Assembly: GCA_017652805.1 (NCBI GenBank)
Contig: JAGCAH010000156.1
Location: 1-61,320, forward strand
DNA from: Thermoguttaceae bacterium
GTDB lineage: Bacteria > Planctomycetota > Planctomycetia > Pirellulales > Thermoguttaceae
Direction: 5' to 3'
Length of the DNA stretch: 61,320 nt
In this document: positions 18,306-27,844 of the stretch, in pieces
Layout: every line of letters starts with the position of its first letter
Numbering within the stretch: position 1 is the stretch's first letter
The notes under the pieces: model-generated
The model's input: only the letters and a program-made list of their open reading frames with translations
Databases searched by the model: none
Told to the model about the DNA's origin: nothing
Program-made: the position numbers and the translations under genes

Positions 18306-19184
18306 CTAATTGGCCAGCGCAAACCGGCGGTTTGCCCAGATCTGAACCAGGTTGATCAGCAGGAGGATCCCGAACGAGACGGCGAGCATGACCAGGGCGA
18401 CCGCCGAGGCGGGGATCTGGCCGTTCTCCTCGTACAGCTTCGAAAGGATCACGCTCGACATGATTTCAGTCTTTCCGGGGATCATTCCCCCGATGAAAAG
18501 GACCGAGCCGTACTCGCCGACCGCGCGTGCGAACGCCATCGCGAAACCGGTGATCAGTGCCGGGGAAAGGGTCGGGAAGATGACGCGCAGGAACGTCTGA
18601 TAGCGGCGCGCGCCGAGACTGGCCGAGACCTCTTCCAACTCGCGGTCAATGTCGGCGATCGCCGGCTGGAGGGTACGGATGACGAAGGGAAGGCCGATGA
18701 AGATGAGCGCCAGTGTTACGCCGATCGGCGTGCCGCGGATCGGGATCGGGAGGAATTGACCGATCCACCCCTTTTCGGAATAGATCTGCGCCAGCGCGAT
18801 CCCCGAGACAGCGGTCGGCAGCGCAAAGGGGAGATCGACCATCATATCGAGAACCCGCCGACCGGCGAAACGATAGCGGACCAGGACCCAGGCGACGATG
18901 AACCCCATGACGGCGTTGACCAGCGCGGCGCAGAGTGAAGCGCTGAATGTGAGTTTAAACGATTTGGCGACCAGATCGTTTTGCATGATGTGGCAGAAGT
19001 CGTCGAACGTCAGATGGCGTGTGGCCAGAAAGAGTCCCGAAAGGGGGATCAGCACGACAAGGCTCAGGTAGGTGACTGTGAGCCCCATCGTCAGCCTGAA
19101 ACCGGGAAGAACCGACCGTTCGACCAGTTTCAGACCGGGCGGGACGATGGAGACATACTTCTTTCGACCACTCAGGTTTGACAT
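18306..19184 (-). CDS. cysT: Sulfate ABC transporter permease CysT
   Basis: 292-aa permease with 'ASLGARRYQTFLRVIFP'-type EAA loop region. Sits between the binding protein gene and cysW. Confidence 0.9.
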   Translation of the reverse strand: MSNLSGRKKYVSIVPPGLKLVERSVLPGFRLTMGLTVTYLSLVVLIPLSGLFLATRHLTFDDFCHIMQNDLVAKSFKLTFSASLCAALVNAVMGFIVAWVLVRYRFAGRRVLDMMVDLPFALPTAVSGIALAQIYSEKGWIGQFLPIPIRGTPIGVTLALIFIGLPFVIRTLQPAIADIDRELEEVSASLGARRYQTFLRVIFPTLSPALITGFAMAFARAVGEYGSVLFIGGMIPGKTEIMSSVILSKLYEENGQIPASAVALVMLAVSFGILLLINLVQIWANRRFALAN

Positions 19185-19191
19185 TGATCCG

Positions 19192-20301
19192 TTACTGCTC
19201 TGCGCTGATTTCGGCCAACATTTGGTCGAAAAGACCGTCGGAATTGAAGTGTTTCCGCTGAGCGGCGATCCAACCGTCGAAGACGTCGTCGATCGAGAAG
19301 AAGCGAACTTCGGGGAACTGGTCGCGGTTCTTGGCCATGACGTCGGGGTCGAACGGGCGGTAGTGGTTCTTGGCGATCACTTCCTGCCCTTCCGGAGAGT
19401 AGAGGTGATTGAGATACTCGGTCGCGATTTCGCGGGATCCCCGGCGGTCGACCACCGCGTCGACGATTGCCACCGGCGGCTCGCACTTAATGCTGATTTC
19501 GGGAACCACGAGTTCAAACTCGCCCGGCGCCATCTGCTGCGAGAGAATTGCTTCGTTTTCCCAGGCGAGGAAGGCGTCGCCGTGCCCCCTTTTGACGAAA
19601 TCGTCGGTCGCGTCGCGCGCGCCGGTCGGCATCCCCTGGGCGACGCAGTTGGCGAAGATCTTCTTGGTGAACTCGTAGGCGGCGCTCTGGGCGGCCTCGA
19701 CCCGCTCGGCATTGGCCGGATCTTTGACCGCGTCGATTCCGCCGAGGTCGGCGAGCTCTTTATCAAGCGCGTAACCCCAGATCGCCAGGTAATTCCAGCG
19801 CGCCCCGCCGCTTGTCTTCGGGTTCGGCGTAACGACCTGGACTCCTTCTTTGGCGAGGTCTTCCCATCCCCTGATATTTTTCGGGTTCCCCTTGCGGACC
19901 ATGATCACGATCGTCGAGATATACGGACAGCTGTTGTTCGGGAAGTTCTTCTGCCAATCGGGGGAGAGGAGGCCGGGTCGGCCGTTCCGTTCCATGGCGA
20001 TGTCGTCGATATCGAACGCCAGGGCCAGCGTTACCACGTCGGCTTCTTTTCCGCCGTCGCGGACCGCGCGCGACTGCGCGCCGCTTCCGGCGTGGGTGTC
20101 TTCGACGGTGATCGCCTCGCCGGTCTTATCGAGCCAGTACCTCTCGAAGACGCGGCCGTATTCGGCGTAGAGTTCGCGCGTCGGATCGTAAGAGACGTTG
20201 CAGATTTCGGTCACCTTACCGGCGCTCTTATCTTGGCGGCACGCCGGAAGGAATGCTGTCGAAAGGACGAGAAGAAAACCGATCCATAGATAGCGTTTCA
20301 T
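19192..20301 (-). CDS. sbp: Sulfate/thiosulfate-binding periplasmic protein (lipoprotein-type signal)
   Basis: Start taken at ATG 20301 ('MKRYLWIGFLLVLSTAFLPAC', signal with Cys), with an 'AGGGA' SD upstream. 'HAGSGAQSRAVRDGGKEADVVTLALAFDID' matches the Sbp/CysP family. Confidence 0.9.
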   Translation of the reverse strand: MKRYLWIGFLLVLSTAFLPACRQDKSAGKVTEICNVSYDPTRELYAEYGRVFERYWLDKTGEAITVEDTHAGSGAQSRAVRDGGKEADVVTLALAFDIDDIAMERNGRPGLLSPDWQKNFPNNSCPYISTIVIMVRKGNPKNIRGWEDLAKEGVQVVTPNPKTSGGARWNYLAIWGYALDKELADLGGIDAVKDPANAERVEAAQSAAYEFTKKIFANCVAQGMPTGARDATDDFVKRGHGDAFLAWENEAILSQQMAPGEFELVVPEISIKCEPPVAIVDAVVDRRGSREIATEYLNHLYSPEGQEVIAKNHYRPFDPDVMAKNRDQFPEVRFFSIDDVFDGWIAAQRKHFNSDGLFDQMLAEISAEQ

Positions 20302-20479
20302 TTCAGTGATCATCCCTGTTTGTCAGCGGCGCGGGGAAAAGTCCGCGCCGGGTTTAATCCGTAAAAGAGAGACAGATTCCGCACAGACGGAACCGTCCCC
20401 TATCTTATCCTTTTTTTCCGATCGGCGCAAGGTGAACCTACCGCTTTGGTATGGAATCTTCGACAGAAAACGGGGAGCG

Positions 20480-21916
20480 TTACGACTTCCGTTTGGCGTC
20501 GATTTCGTCTTTGGTGTCTTTCTCTTCCCGTTTGCGGAAGACCAGGCGGATCGGGACCTCGCCGATCGGCAGCTCGTCGCGCAGAACGCTCAGAAGGAAG
20601 CGGCGGTAGTTCGCGGCGAACGCGTCGGGCATATTGCAGAAGAGGATTATCGTCGGCGGGGCGACGTCGGCCTGAACCGCGTAGTAGATCTTCGGTTTGC
20701 GGTGGTAGAAAAGAGGGGGCGGATTGTAGTCCATTGCCGCGGTGATCAGTTTGTTCAGCCGGCCGGTCGAAATCCGCATCCGGTACTGCCGCTGCAGAAT
20801 CCGCGCGTGTTTCAGAAGACGGTCAGCGTTCTGACCGGTCATCCCGGTGACAAACGCGATCGGCACGTGCCAACACTGCGCGAACGTCTCGCGGAGGTAG
20901 TCCCCCCAACGGGAGGTCGGCATGTGGGGAGCCATCAAGTCCCACTTATTCACAACGAAGATGACCGGACGCATATGCTCTTCGATCAGGTTGACCAGCT
21001 GCTTGTCCATCTTGCTGATCCGCTGCGAAGCGTCGAAGAACATCAAAACGACGTCAGCGCGCCGGATACTCCGTTTGGCGCGGGTGAGCGCGTAGAAGTC
21101 GAGATCCGAGCCGATACTCTTCCCCCGCATGAAGCCGGGAGTGTCGATGACGACAATCGTCTGTCCGTCCCACTCGAGCCGCACGTCGATCGAGTCGCGC
21201 GTCGTTCCGGGGACGCTGCTGGCGATCACGCGCTCTTCCTGTGCCAGTGTGTTGATAAAGGTGCTCTTTCCGACGTTCCGCCGCCCGACGATGGCGATTT
21301 TCATCGTCGGGTTTTCGACGCTTTCACCGCGATCCTCGAACGCCTCCGGAGGGATCAGCCGTTCGAATTCCTCCATCAGCCGGACGCGGCCGATTTTCTG
21401 CTTGGCGCTGATCTTGATCATTTCCCACCCGAAGGTGCGGAATTCCTCGGCGTTCTTTTCCTGTTTTTCGTCGTCCGACTTATTGACCGCCAGGAGGATC
21501 GGAATCGAAAGGGGGCGGAGTTTTTCGGCGATAATTTCGTCCAGCGGAGCGATCCCCGTCCGCGCGTCGGTCACAAAGAGGATCATATCGGCCGACTCGA
21601 GCGCGAGTTTGATTTGCGCCTCGACATCTTCGGACAGATCGTCTTTGTCGACAATCCCGATCCCGCCGGTGTCGATCAGTTCGATGTAGCGGGAGGGAAA
21701 GACCTCTTCGACAGACGCGTCGCCGTCCGATTCAGTCTCTTCGGCGGGCGCGGGGGAGGGGGCTTCGCCGTCCAGGGGAAGGAGGGCGGTCACTCGGTCG
21801 CGGGTGACTCCGGCGACCGAGTCGACGATCGAGATCTTCTCGCCGATCAGCCAGTTAAAAATACTCGATTTGCCGACGTTCGGCCGGCCGACGATCGCGA
21901 CTTTCGCTATACCCAT
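20480..21916 (-). CDS. der: Ribosome-associated GTPase Der/EngA
   Basis: Two tandem G domains ('GRPNVGKSS', 'DTGG'; 'GRRNVGKST', 'DTPG', 'NKWD') plus a C-terminal KH-like domain. Confidence 0.95.
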   Translation of the reverse strand: MGIAKVAIVGRPNVGKSSIFNWLIGEKISIVDSVAGVTRDRVTALLPLDGEAPSPAPAEETESDGDASVEEVFPSRYIELIDTGGIGIVDKDDLSEDVEAQIKLALESADMILFVTDARTGIAPLDEIIAEKLRPLSIPILLAVNKSDDEKQEKNAEEFRTFGWEMIKISAKQKIGRVRLMEEFERLIPPEAFEDRGESVENPTMKIAIVGRRNVGKSTFINTLAQEERVIASSVPGTTRDSIDVRLEWDGQTIVVIDTPGFMRGKSIGSDLDFYALTRAKRSIRRADVVLMFFDASQRISKMDKQLVNLIEEHMRPVIFVVNKWDLMAPHMPTSRWGDYLRETFAQCWHVPIAFVTGMTGQNADRLLKHARILQRQYRMRISTGRLNKLITAAMDYNPPPLFYHRKPKIYYAVQADVAPPTIILFCNMPDAFAANYRRFLLSVLRDELPIGEVPIRLVFRKREEKDTKDEIDAKRKS

Positions 21917-21962
21917 GACTCAATCGGTTCCCCGGTGCGGAGGCTTGGTTTTTCCCGGTAAC

Positions 21963-21998
21963 AAAAAAACCGCACCGACAGCTTCTGCTCCGATGCGG
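21963..21998 (-). terminator. Intrinsic terminator after the ketosynthase-like gene
   Basis: On the minus strand: CCGCATCGG-11 nt-TCGGTGCGG (9 bp including 2 G.U), followed by TTTTTTT. It lies 22 nt after the stop at 22020. Confidence 0.5.
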
Positions 21999-22019
21999 CG
22001 TGTTGGTACTGATCGCAGA

Positions 22020-23300
22020 TCAGCACATTTCGAAAATGACCGCGTTCGAGCGGCCCATGTAGGTCTGATTGATCTTGATGAACGTTTTCTTTTCGACGGC
22101 GCGGGGAGTCTGAACCACGTTGATCGGGCAGTCACCGGCGATATTGGCGCAGTTGAGCGAAGCGGGGAGCGTCCCATGCTGCATCGCCAGGAAAGAGGCG
22201 GCCAGCTCGACCGCTCCGGCGCCGCTGCCCAGGTTTCCGAAATGCCCCTTAGCGGCGTAGACCGGCAGATCGCCGAGCGCCTCGGCGATCCCGGCGGCTT
22301 CGGCTCGGTCGTCTTTGACCGTTCCGAGTCCGTCGGCGTTGATGTGGTCCAGGTCGGCGGCGGAAAGCCCCGCGTCGGCCAGGGCGGCGCGAATCGACAT
22401 CGAAACCGAACCGGACTGCGTTGCCATTTCGTACGACGGGTCGTCGACTCGTGAAAATCCGCGCAAAACGGCAATCGGTTTGGCGCCGCGTGCCTCGGCG
22501 AACTCGCGCGTTTCAAGGACGTACGCCGCGCTTCCGTCTCCCAGAACCGTTCCGCAGCGGTCGGCGTCGAACGGGCGGGGAACCGAGGCCGGATCGCTCG
22601 TCCAGGGGGCTAGGTTATAGGCTTTCCCCCGGGAGAGGAAGGAGGGGTTCGAGCGGTTGCCGCACCCGCCGCAGATCATCACGTCGGCCCGGCCGTTTTC
22701 GAGAATGACCGCCCCTTCGGCGATCGAGGTCAACGCCGCCGTCCGGTCCAAGGTCGGCGAGTTGTTCGGTCCGCGCGCGTCGAGCGCGATCCCGATATGA
22801 CTGCTCGGCATATTCGGGAGATATTTGAGCATCCAAAGAGGCATTACCTTTTCCATCGCCTCTTTTCCCCACGTCGAGTAGTCGTAGACGCCGTCTTTCA
22901 TTCCGGCATTGAACGCGTCGGCCAGTTCGGTGATATCGATGCCGATCAGGTCGCATCCGAAGATGACGCCGATCCGTTCGGGATCGACCGTCTGGGCTGA
23001 ACCGTCGAAACCGGTCGAAATTCCGGCCTTCGCGACCGCTTTCATCGCGGCGACGAGCCCGAGCTGGATGTCGCGGCTCATGACCTTGATGTTCTTCTTC
23101 GGCTTGACGTAGTCTTTCGGTCGGAAGTCGGGAGTCTCGGCGGTCAGCGGACGATTCGGCGAGTCTTCGGCGACCAGGGTCGAGTAGCCGACGCCGCTCT
23201 TTCCGGCGGTGAGAGAATCCCAGAATTCTTCGGTTCCAACGCCGATCGGTGAGACCAGGTCAAAAGCGGTTAAAACGATTTCTTTTTTCATGACGCTCAT
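22020..23300 (-). CDS. Beta-ketoacyl-ACP synthase (FabF/FabB)-like protein with degenerate active site
   Basis: 426 aa with a thiolase-fold KS pattern throughout ('SPIGVGTEEFWDSLTAGKSGV', 'RPFDADRCGTVLGDGSAAYVLE', 'GHFGNLGSGAGAVE'). The nucleophile position is Arg, not Cys (see finding). Confidence 0.85.
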   Translation of the reverse strand: MSVMKKEIVLTAFDLVSPIGVGTEEFWDSLTAGKSGVGYSTLVAEDSPNRPLTAETPDFRPKDYVKPKKNIKVMSRDIQLGLVAAMKAVAKAGISTGFDGSAQTVDPERIGVIFGCDLIGIDITELADAFNAGMKDGVYDYSTWGKEAMEKVMPLWMLKYLPNMPSSHIGIALDARGPNNSPTLDRTAALTSIAEGAVILENGRADVMICGGCGNRSNPSFLSRGKAYNLAPWTSDPASVPRPFDADRCGTVLGDGSAAYVLETREFAEARGAKPIAVLRGFSRVDDPSYEMATQSGSVSMSIRAALADAGLSAADLDHINADGLGTVKDDRAEAAGIAEALGDLPVYAAKGHFGNLGSGAGAVELAASFLAMQHGTLPASLNCANIAGDCPINVVQTPRAVEKKTFIKINQTYMGRSNAVIFEMC

Positions 23301-23407
23301 TCAGTGAAGGTTGAAAACTAACAAAATTTACGGCTCAGACCCTCATTCTTTCAGGGGATTATCACCACCGCAATTTTACATATTCGACTCATTTTATCCA
23401 ATACCGA

Positions 23408-24061
23408 TTATTCCCGCTTCCCCTTGACGGACAGGGGGAGACGGCGAATGACCGCCTCGTAGATTTGGGCGGCGATCCGGCCGGGATCCTGAGCGGCGTC
23501 GATTTTCAGTGGGGCGGTTCCACTCTCTTTGGCCAGGAAATCGAGCGCCTCGCGGTATCCCGCTTCGACCTTTTTGTGGAACGCGATTCCCTTCTGTTCG
23601 ATCCGGTCGAGCGGACGGTTGATTCGCGCCATCCCGACCTCGGCTGGGAGGTCCAAAAGGATCGTCAGGTCGGGGAATCTCCCCTGAACCGTCACCTGAC
23701 CGACCCGCATGATTTCGTCCAGCGGAAGCCCCCCGGCGATCCCCTGGTAGACGAGAGTCGAAAGGAGAAAGCGGTCGGCGATCACGATGCCGTCATCTTC
23801 GAGGGCGGGGAGGATCGTCTCGTGAACCATTTCGGCGCGCGCCGCCATGAAAAGGAGCATTTCGCTCTGCGCGCAGATTTGCATCTCACGGCGTCCCAGG
23901 AGAATCTCGCGAACCGCCTCTCCCAATCGGGTCGAGCCGGGATCGCGGCAGAGGAGAACCGGAACCCCGTCTGCGCGGAGCGACTCTTCGAGCCGTCTCG
24001 CTTGGAGTGATTTTCCGGCGCCGTCGCCGCCGTCGATGGTAATAAAGAAACCGCGGGTCAT
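23408..24061 (-). CDS. tmk: Thymidylate kinase
   Basis: Start chosen at ATG 24061 ('MTRGFFITIDGGDGAGKS' P-loop at the usual N-terminal distance). ATG 24082 is an alternative, and the track ORF extends to 24241. 'DRFLLSTLVYQG'. Confidence 0.9.
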   Translation of the reverse strand: MTRGFFITIDGGDGAGKSLQARRLEESLRADGVPVLLCRDPGSTRLGEAVREILLGRREMQICAQSEMLLFMAARAEMVHETILPALEDDGIVIADRFLLSTLVYQGIAGGLPLDEIMRVGQVTVQGRFPDLTILLDLPAEVGMARINRPLDRIEQKGIAFHKKVEAGYREALDFLAKESGTAPLKIDAAQDPGRIAAQIYEAVIRRLPLSVKGKRE

Positions 24062-24365
24062 CGGACTCTTTCTTCCCGGCATGGTTTTAGCGAAACTGTT
24101 TTTCCCTATTTCGGTAAATTCGGGCGAATCGGAGCGCACGCGCCATTCTCTTTCCCGAAATATCTCGGATATGGGGTCCTTTCGGATAGGGTATACCGCT
24201 ATTTCGGATAATATTATTGTCGGAAACGGCGGATCGGGCAACCCCTCGGGCGCCCGATCCGAAAAGAGGATAAGGGAGAACGGGATCCCTCACCCCTTTC
24301 CGGCGGGGAGGGCGGATTCCCTGTTGAAAAGGATAAAATTTTCGCAAAACTTTCCGAAAGGGGAT

Positions 24366-24394
24366 TTGGCAAATTGTTCCGATTGTGATAGAAT
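24366..24394 (+). promoter_or_regulatory. Putative sigma70-type promoter with extended -10 (TTGGCA-17 nt-TGaTAGAAT)
   Basis: 'TTGGCA' at 24366-24371 and 'TG' at 24386-24387, one nt before 'TAGAAT' at 24389-24394. It lies in the divergent tmk / GT2-like intergenic region, 144 nt upstream of GTG 24538. Pattern only. Confidence 0.4.
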
Positions 24395-24537
24395 TTACAG
24401 GAATTTTATAAATTAGGTTGCCGATAAGAGCTAAGCAACCACGAGAAGGCCCCCGTAAAAAAACGGCTTTTTCCGGTAATTTCGACCCCCCGCGGCGCTA
24501 GCCCGGGCGGCGGACGACTCAAGCGAGGCTTAACGAA

Positions 24538-25449
24538 GTGACGTCGCTCACGATCATTATACCGCTGTTAGAAGATACCGATACCGATCTGTTTGAAACC
24601 ACCCTGGTTTCAATTTTGGAAAACCGCCCCGAAGAGGACGACATCCTGGTGGTGAACGCGGCGGGTTATGAAAACTGCTACGATCTGACCCAGGAAGAAG
24701 GAGTCGTCTTCGCCTCCGCTGATCCGTCGATCGGTCTGATCGACGCGATCAACTTTGGGGTTCAAAACTCGAACACCCCTTACGTCTGCCCCCTCCTGTG
24801 TGGGTGCGAGGTCGCCGAGGGCTGGGCGAGCCCCGCTCTCGGCCGCCTTTCGGATGAAAACACCGCGGTGGTGATTCCGAAAACAGAGAAGATTACCACG
24901 ACCGGTCGGAAGCTCGCCTCGTTCGGTTACGCGCTGAGACGGGACGGAGTACTTCTCCCTCTTCGGAGCGGTAAACTCCCCGCCGGAACGCTCGCGGCGC
25001 CCGATATGGCCGGCGTCTTCTTCCGCCGCCGGACGCTTCTCGATCTGGGACTCTTTCAGCCGGCGCTCGGCCCGATGGCGTATGCCGATATGGCGCTTTT
25101 GTGCCGCGAACTCGGACAGGACGTTTTCTTCGAGCCGGACTCGGTTCTGACATACAGCGCCGCGCTCTTTCCGGCGCTGAGCCCGAATAACCGCCTGACC
25201 GCGCAGGAGGCGCTTTTCCGACGCTGGGCGGGGGTCTGGAAAGAGCGTGCCCAAAGCCACTCGTGGCGTCTTTTCAAAGAGAAACTCTTCGGCGGCGCCG
25301 ACGTACGCCGCGCCTACGCCCTGGCCAAAGAGGAACTCGACGCGCCCCGTCCCGAACTCCTCCTGGCCGAGGCGCGTGAAGTTCAGACCGAGACGCGCGG
25401 CAGCGTGGCCAAACCGCGGGGCGGTCGGCTCGAAGCGGCGGTCAGGTAG
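24538..25449 (+). CDS. Glycosyltransferase family 2-like protein (weak, motifs degenerate)
   Basis: GTG start 9 nt after 'GAGG'. The N-terminus 'LTIIIPLLEDTDTDLFETTLVSILENRPEEDDILVVNAAG' follows the GT-A/GT2 beta-alpha-beta pattern. There is no clear DxD. Confidence 0.45.
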   Translation: MTSLTIIIPLLEDTDTDLFETTLVSILENRPEEDDILVVNAAGYENCYDLTQEEGVVFASADPSIGLIDAINFGVQNSNTPYVCPLLCGCEVAEGWASPALGRLSDENTAVVIPKTEKITTTGRKLASFGYALRRDGVLLPLRSGKLPAGTLAAPDMAGVFFRRRTLLDLGLFQPALGPMAYADMALLCRELGQDVFFEPDSVLTYSAALFPALSPNNRLTAQEALFRRWAGVWKERAQSHSWRLFKEKLFGGADVRRAYALAKEELDAPRPELLLAEAREVQTETRGSVAKPRGGRLEAAVR

Positions 25450-25664
25450 TCTTTTTCGGTCGGCGCCTTTTCGATTTTGGGTTCCTTTTCCGCGTATCAG
25501 ACGACTGTCGGGCGGTTCCCCCCGTATTCTCAGAAAGGATGGACGCGGTATAATATCCGACGCTCTGTTCCGGCGGGCGGGCGGCGCCTTCGTTCCTCTC
25601 TTCCTCCGGCTGCGGCGAGAATGTCTTCCCCTCCGAGACCCTTTCCAGAAAGGAAAAACTGACC

Positions 25665-27083
25665 ATGGATTCTCAGCGCCCCCAGACGATGTACGACAAG
25701 ATTTGGGCGCGGCACATTGTCCGCGAAGAGACCGGCGGCGACGTCCTTCTTTACATTGACCAGCAACTCTGTCACGAGGTCACCAGTCCGCAGGCGTTTG
25801 AGGGGATGCGTCTGGCCGGACGGAAGGTCCGCCGTCCCGAAAAGACGATGGCGGTTGTCGATCACAACGTTCCGACGACTGACCGAAGCCTGCCGATCAC
25901 CGACGAGATCTCGCGCAAACAGATCGAAACACTCCGCGCCAACTGCGCCGAGTTCGGGATCCGCCTCTACGACATTCACGACCCGCTCCAAGGGGTGATC
26001 CACGTGGTCGGGCCGGAACAGGGGTATACCCGTCCGGGGATGACGATCGTCTGCGGCGACAGCCACACCGCCACGCACGGCGCGTTCGGCGCCCTGGCGT
26101 TCGGAATCGGCACGAGCGAAGTGGAACATGTCCTTGCCACCCAGACGATCCGCCAGAAGAAGAGCCGAACCATGCGGATCGACTGCGACGGCGTTCTGGC
26201 TCCTCATGTGACGGCGAAGGACCTCATCCTTTACATCATCAGTAAGATGACCACCGCCGGAGGGGCGGGGTATGTGGTCGAATTTACCGGCAGCGCGTTC
26301 CGCGCCCTTTCGATGGAAGGGCGAATGACCGTCTGCAACATGGCGATCGAAATGGGCGCCCGATCTGGGATGATCGCTCCCGACGAGACCACATTCAATT
26401 TCCTGAAAGGAAAACCGGGAATTCCGACCGGCGAGGCGTTTGAAAAACTCGTCGCCGACTGGAAAACCCTTACGACCGATCCCGGCGCCGCGTTCGACAA
26501 GGTCGTGGAGTTCCACGCTTCGGACGTCACCCCGATGGTGACCTGGGGAACGAATCCCGCCCAGGGCGTTTCGGTCACCGCCAACGTTCCCGGTCCCGGC
26601 GATTTCGAAAATTCCGACGAAAAGAAAATGGCCGCCGCCGCTCTCGAATATATGGGACTGGAGGCGGGTCAGCCGATCGAATCGATCCGGCCCGACACCG
26701 TCTTTATCGGCTCCTGCACGAACGGACGACTCGAAGATTTCCGTGCCGCCGCGGCGGTTCTGAAAGGGTATAAGGTCGCTCCGAATATCCGCGCGCTGGC
26801 GGTCCCCGGCAGCGGCGTGGTTAAACAGCTCGCCGAAGCTGAAGGGCTCGATAAGATCTTCGTCGAGGCCGGTTTCGAGTGGCGCGAACCGGGTTGTTCG
26901 ATGTGCCTGGCGATGAATCCCGATAAGATCGAGCCCCGGGAGCGGTGCGCCGGAACGAGCAACCGCAACTTCGAGGGTCGAATGGGGAAGGGGGGCCGGA
27001 CCCATCTGGTCTCTCCCGAAATGGCGGCGGCTGCGGCGGTGGCCGGCCACTTCACCGACGTCCGCAACTGGAAGTTCAATTGA
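25665..27083 (+). CDS. leuC: 3-isopropylmalate dehydratase large subunit
   Basis: '[18 protein letters not shown]', '[24 protein letters not shown]', '[11 protein letters not shown]', 'GCSMCLAMN' (aconitase-family Fe-S ligands). Confidence 0.95.
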   Translation: MDSQRPQTMYDKIWARHIVREETGGDVLLYIDQQLCHEVTSPQAFEGMRLAGRKVRRPEKTMAVVDHNVPTTDRSLPITDEISRKQIETLRANCAEFGIRLYDIHDPLQGVIHVVGPEQGYTRPGMTIVCGDSHTATHGAFGALAFGIGTSEVEHVLATQTIRQKKSRTMRIDCDGVLAPHVTAKDLILYIISKMTTAGGAGYVVEFTGSAFRALSMEGRMTVCNMAIEMGARSGMIAPDETTFNFLKGKPGIPTGEAFEKLVADWKTLTTDPGAAFDKVVEFHASDVTPMVTWGTNPAQGVSVTANVPGPGDFENSDEKKMAAAALEYMGLEAGQPIESIRPDTVFIGSCTNGRLEDFRAAAAVLKGYKVAPNIRALAVPGSGVVKQLAEAEGLDKIFVEAGFEWREPGCSMCLAMNPDKIEPRERCAGTSNRNFEGRMGKGGRTHLVSPEMAAAAAVAGHFTDVRNWKFN

Positions 27084-27159
27084 GCGCGCAAAGAGGGAAG
27101 ATACACGAGACAGAAGACCGGCTTCCGCCGGTCGTCATTTTCATAGAGGAAACGAACCG

Positions 27160-27753
27160 ATGAAACCTTTTACCAAACATACCGGAATTGTCGTGCCGAT
27201 GGACCGCAGTGATGTCGATACCGACCAGCTCGTCCCGAAACAGTTTTTGAAGCGGATCGAGCGGAGCGGATTCGGCAAGTTCCTTTTTTACGACTGGCGC
27301 TATCTGGACGACGGGAGCGACAATCCGGAATTTGAACTGAACTTCCCGCAATACAAAGGGGCGACGATCCTTCTGGCGCGGCGCAACTTCGGCTGCGGAT
27401 CGAGCCGGGAACACGCGCCGTGGGCGGTCGCCGACTACGGTTTCCGCGTGGTCATCGCCTCGAGCTTCGCCGACATCTTCTTCAACAATTCCTTTAAGAA
27501 CGGAATTCTGCTGGTCCGTCTTTCCGAAGAGGAGATCGACGACCTCTTCAAGCGGGCCGCCGCGCACGAGAATTACAAGCTGACGGTCGACCTGGAAGTG
27601 AAGAAGATCACCGACGACTACGGGCTGGACCAGCCGTTCGAGATCGACGAGTTCCGTCGCACCCGACTTCTGCGGGGACTCGACGATATCGCGCTGACGC
27701 TTCAGAACGAAGCTGATATCGCCGCTTACGAAAAGACGCACGGCATTGTCTGA
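27160..27753 (+). CDS. leuD: 3-isopropylmalate dehydratase small subunit
   Basis: '[14 protein letters not shown]', '[32 protein letters not shown]'. Confidence 0.95.
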   Translation: MKPFTKHTGIVVPMDRSDVDTDQLVPKQFLKRIERSGFGKFLFYDWRYLDDGSDNPEFELNFPQYKGATILLARRNFGCGSSREHAPWAVADYGFRVVIASSFADIFFNNSFKNGILLVRLSEEEIDDLFKRAAAHENYKLTVDLEVKKITDDYGLDQPFEIDEFRRTRLLRGLDDIALTLQNEADIAAYEKTHGIV

Positions 27754-27778
27754 GCCGCATCTCTTTTCTCCGTAAAAG

Positions 27779-27822
27779 AAAAAGCTTCGGCGTTCCTTTT
27801 TTGGAAGTCCGAAGCTTTTTTT
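27779..27822. terminator. Bidirectional intrinsic terminator between leuD and the convergent Sel1 gene
   Basis: AAAAAGCTTCGG (27779-27790) pairs with CCGAAGCTTTTT (27809-27820), with an inner TTCC/GGAA pairing. An A-run lies on the left and a T-run on the right. Confidence 0.7.
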
Positions 27823-27844
27823 GTGGGTGCGTCTTGATGTTCGT

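Noticed and set aside
25530-27050. 506-aa minus-strand ORF
   Set aside because: It is antisense to leuC (clear aconitase-family motifs) and has no features of its own. The same reasoning applies to 694..2049 (anti-secY), 5272..6360 (anti-rpsD/rpoA), 20306..21961 (anti-der), 10674..11501 (anti-mtnA), 19072..20289 (anti-sbp) and 52334..53842 (anti-porin).
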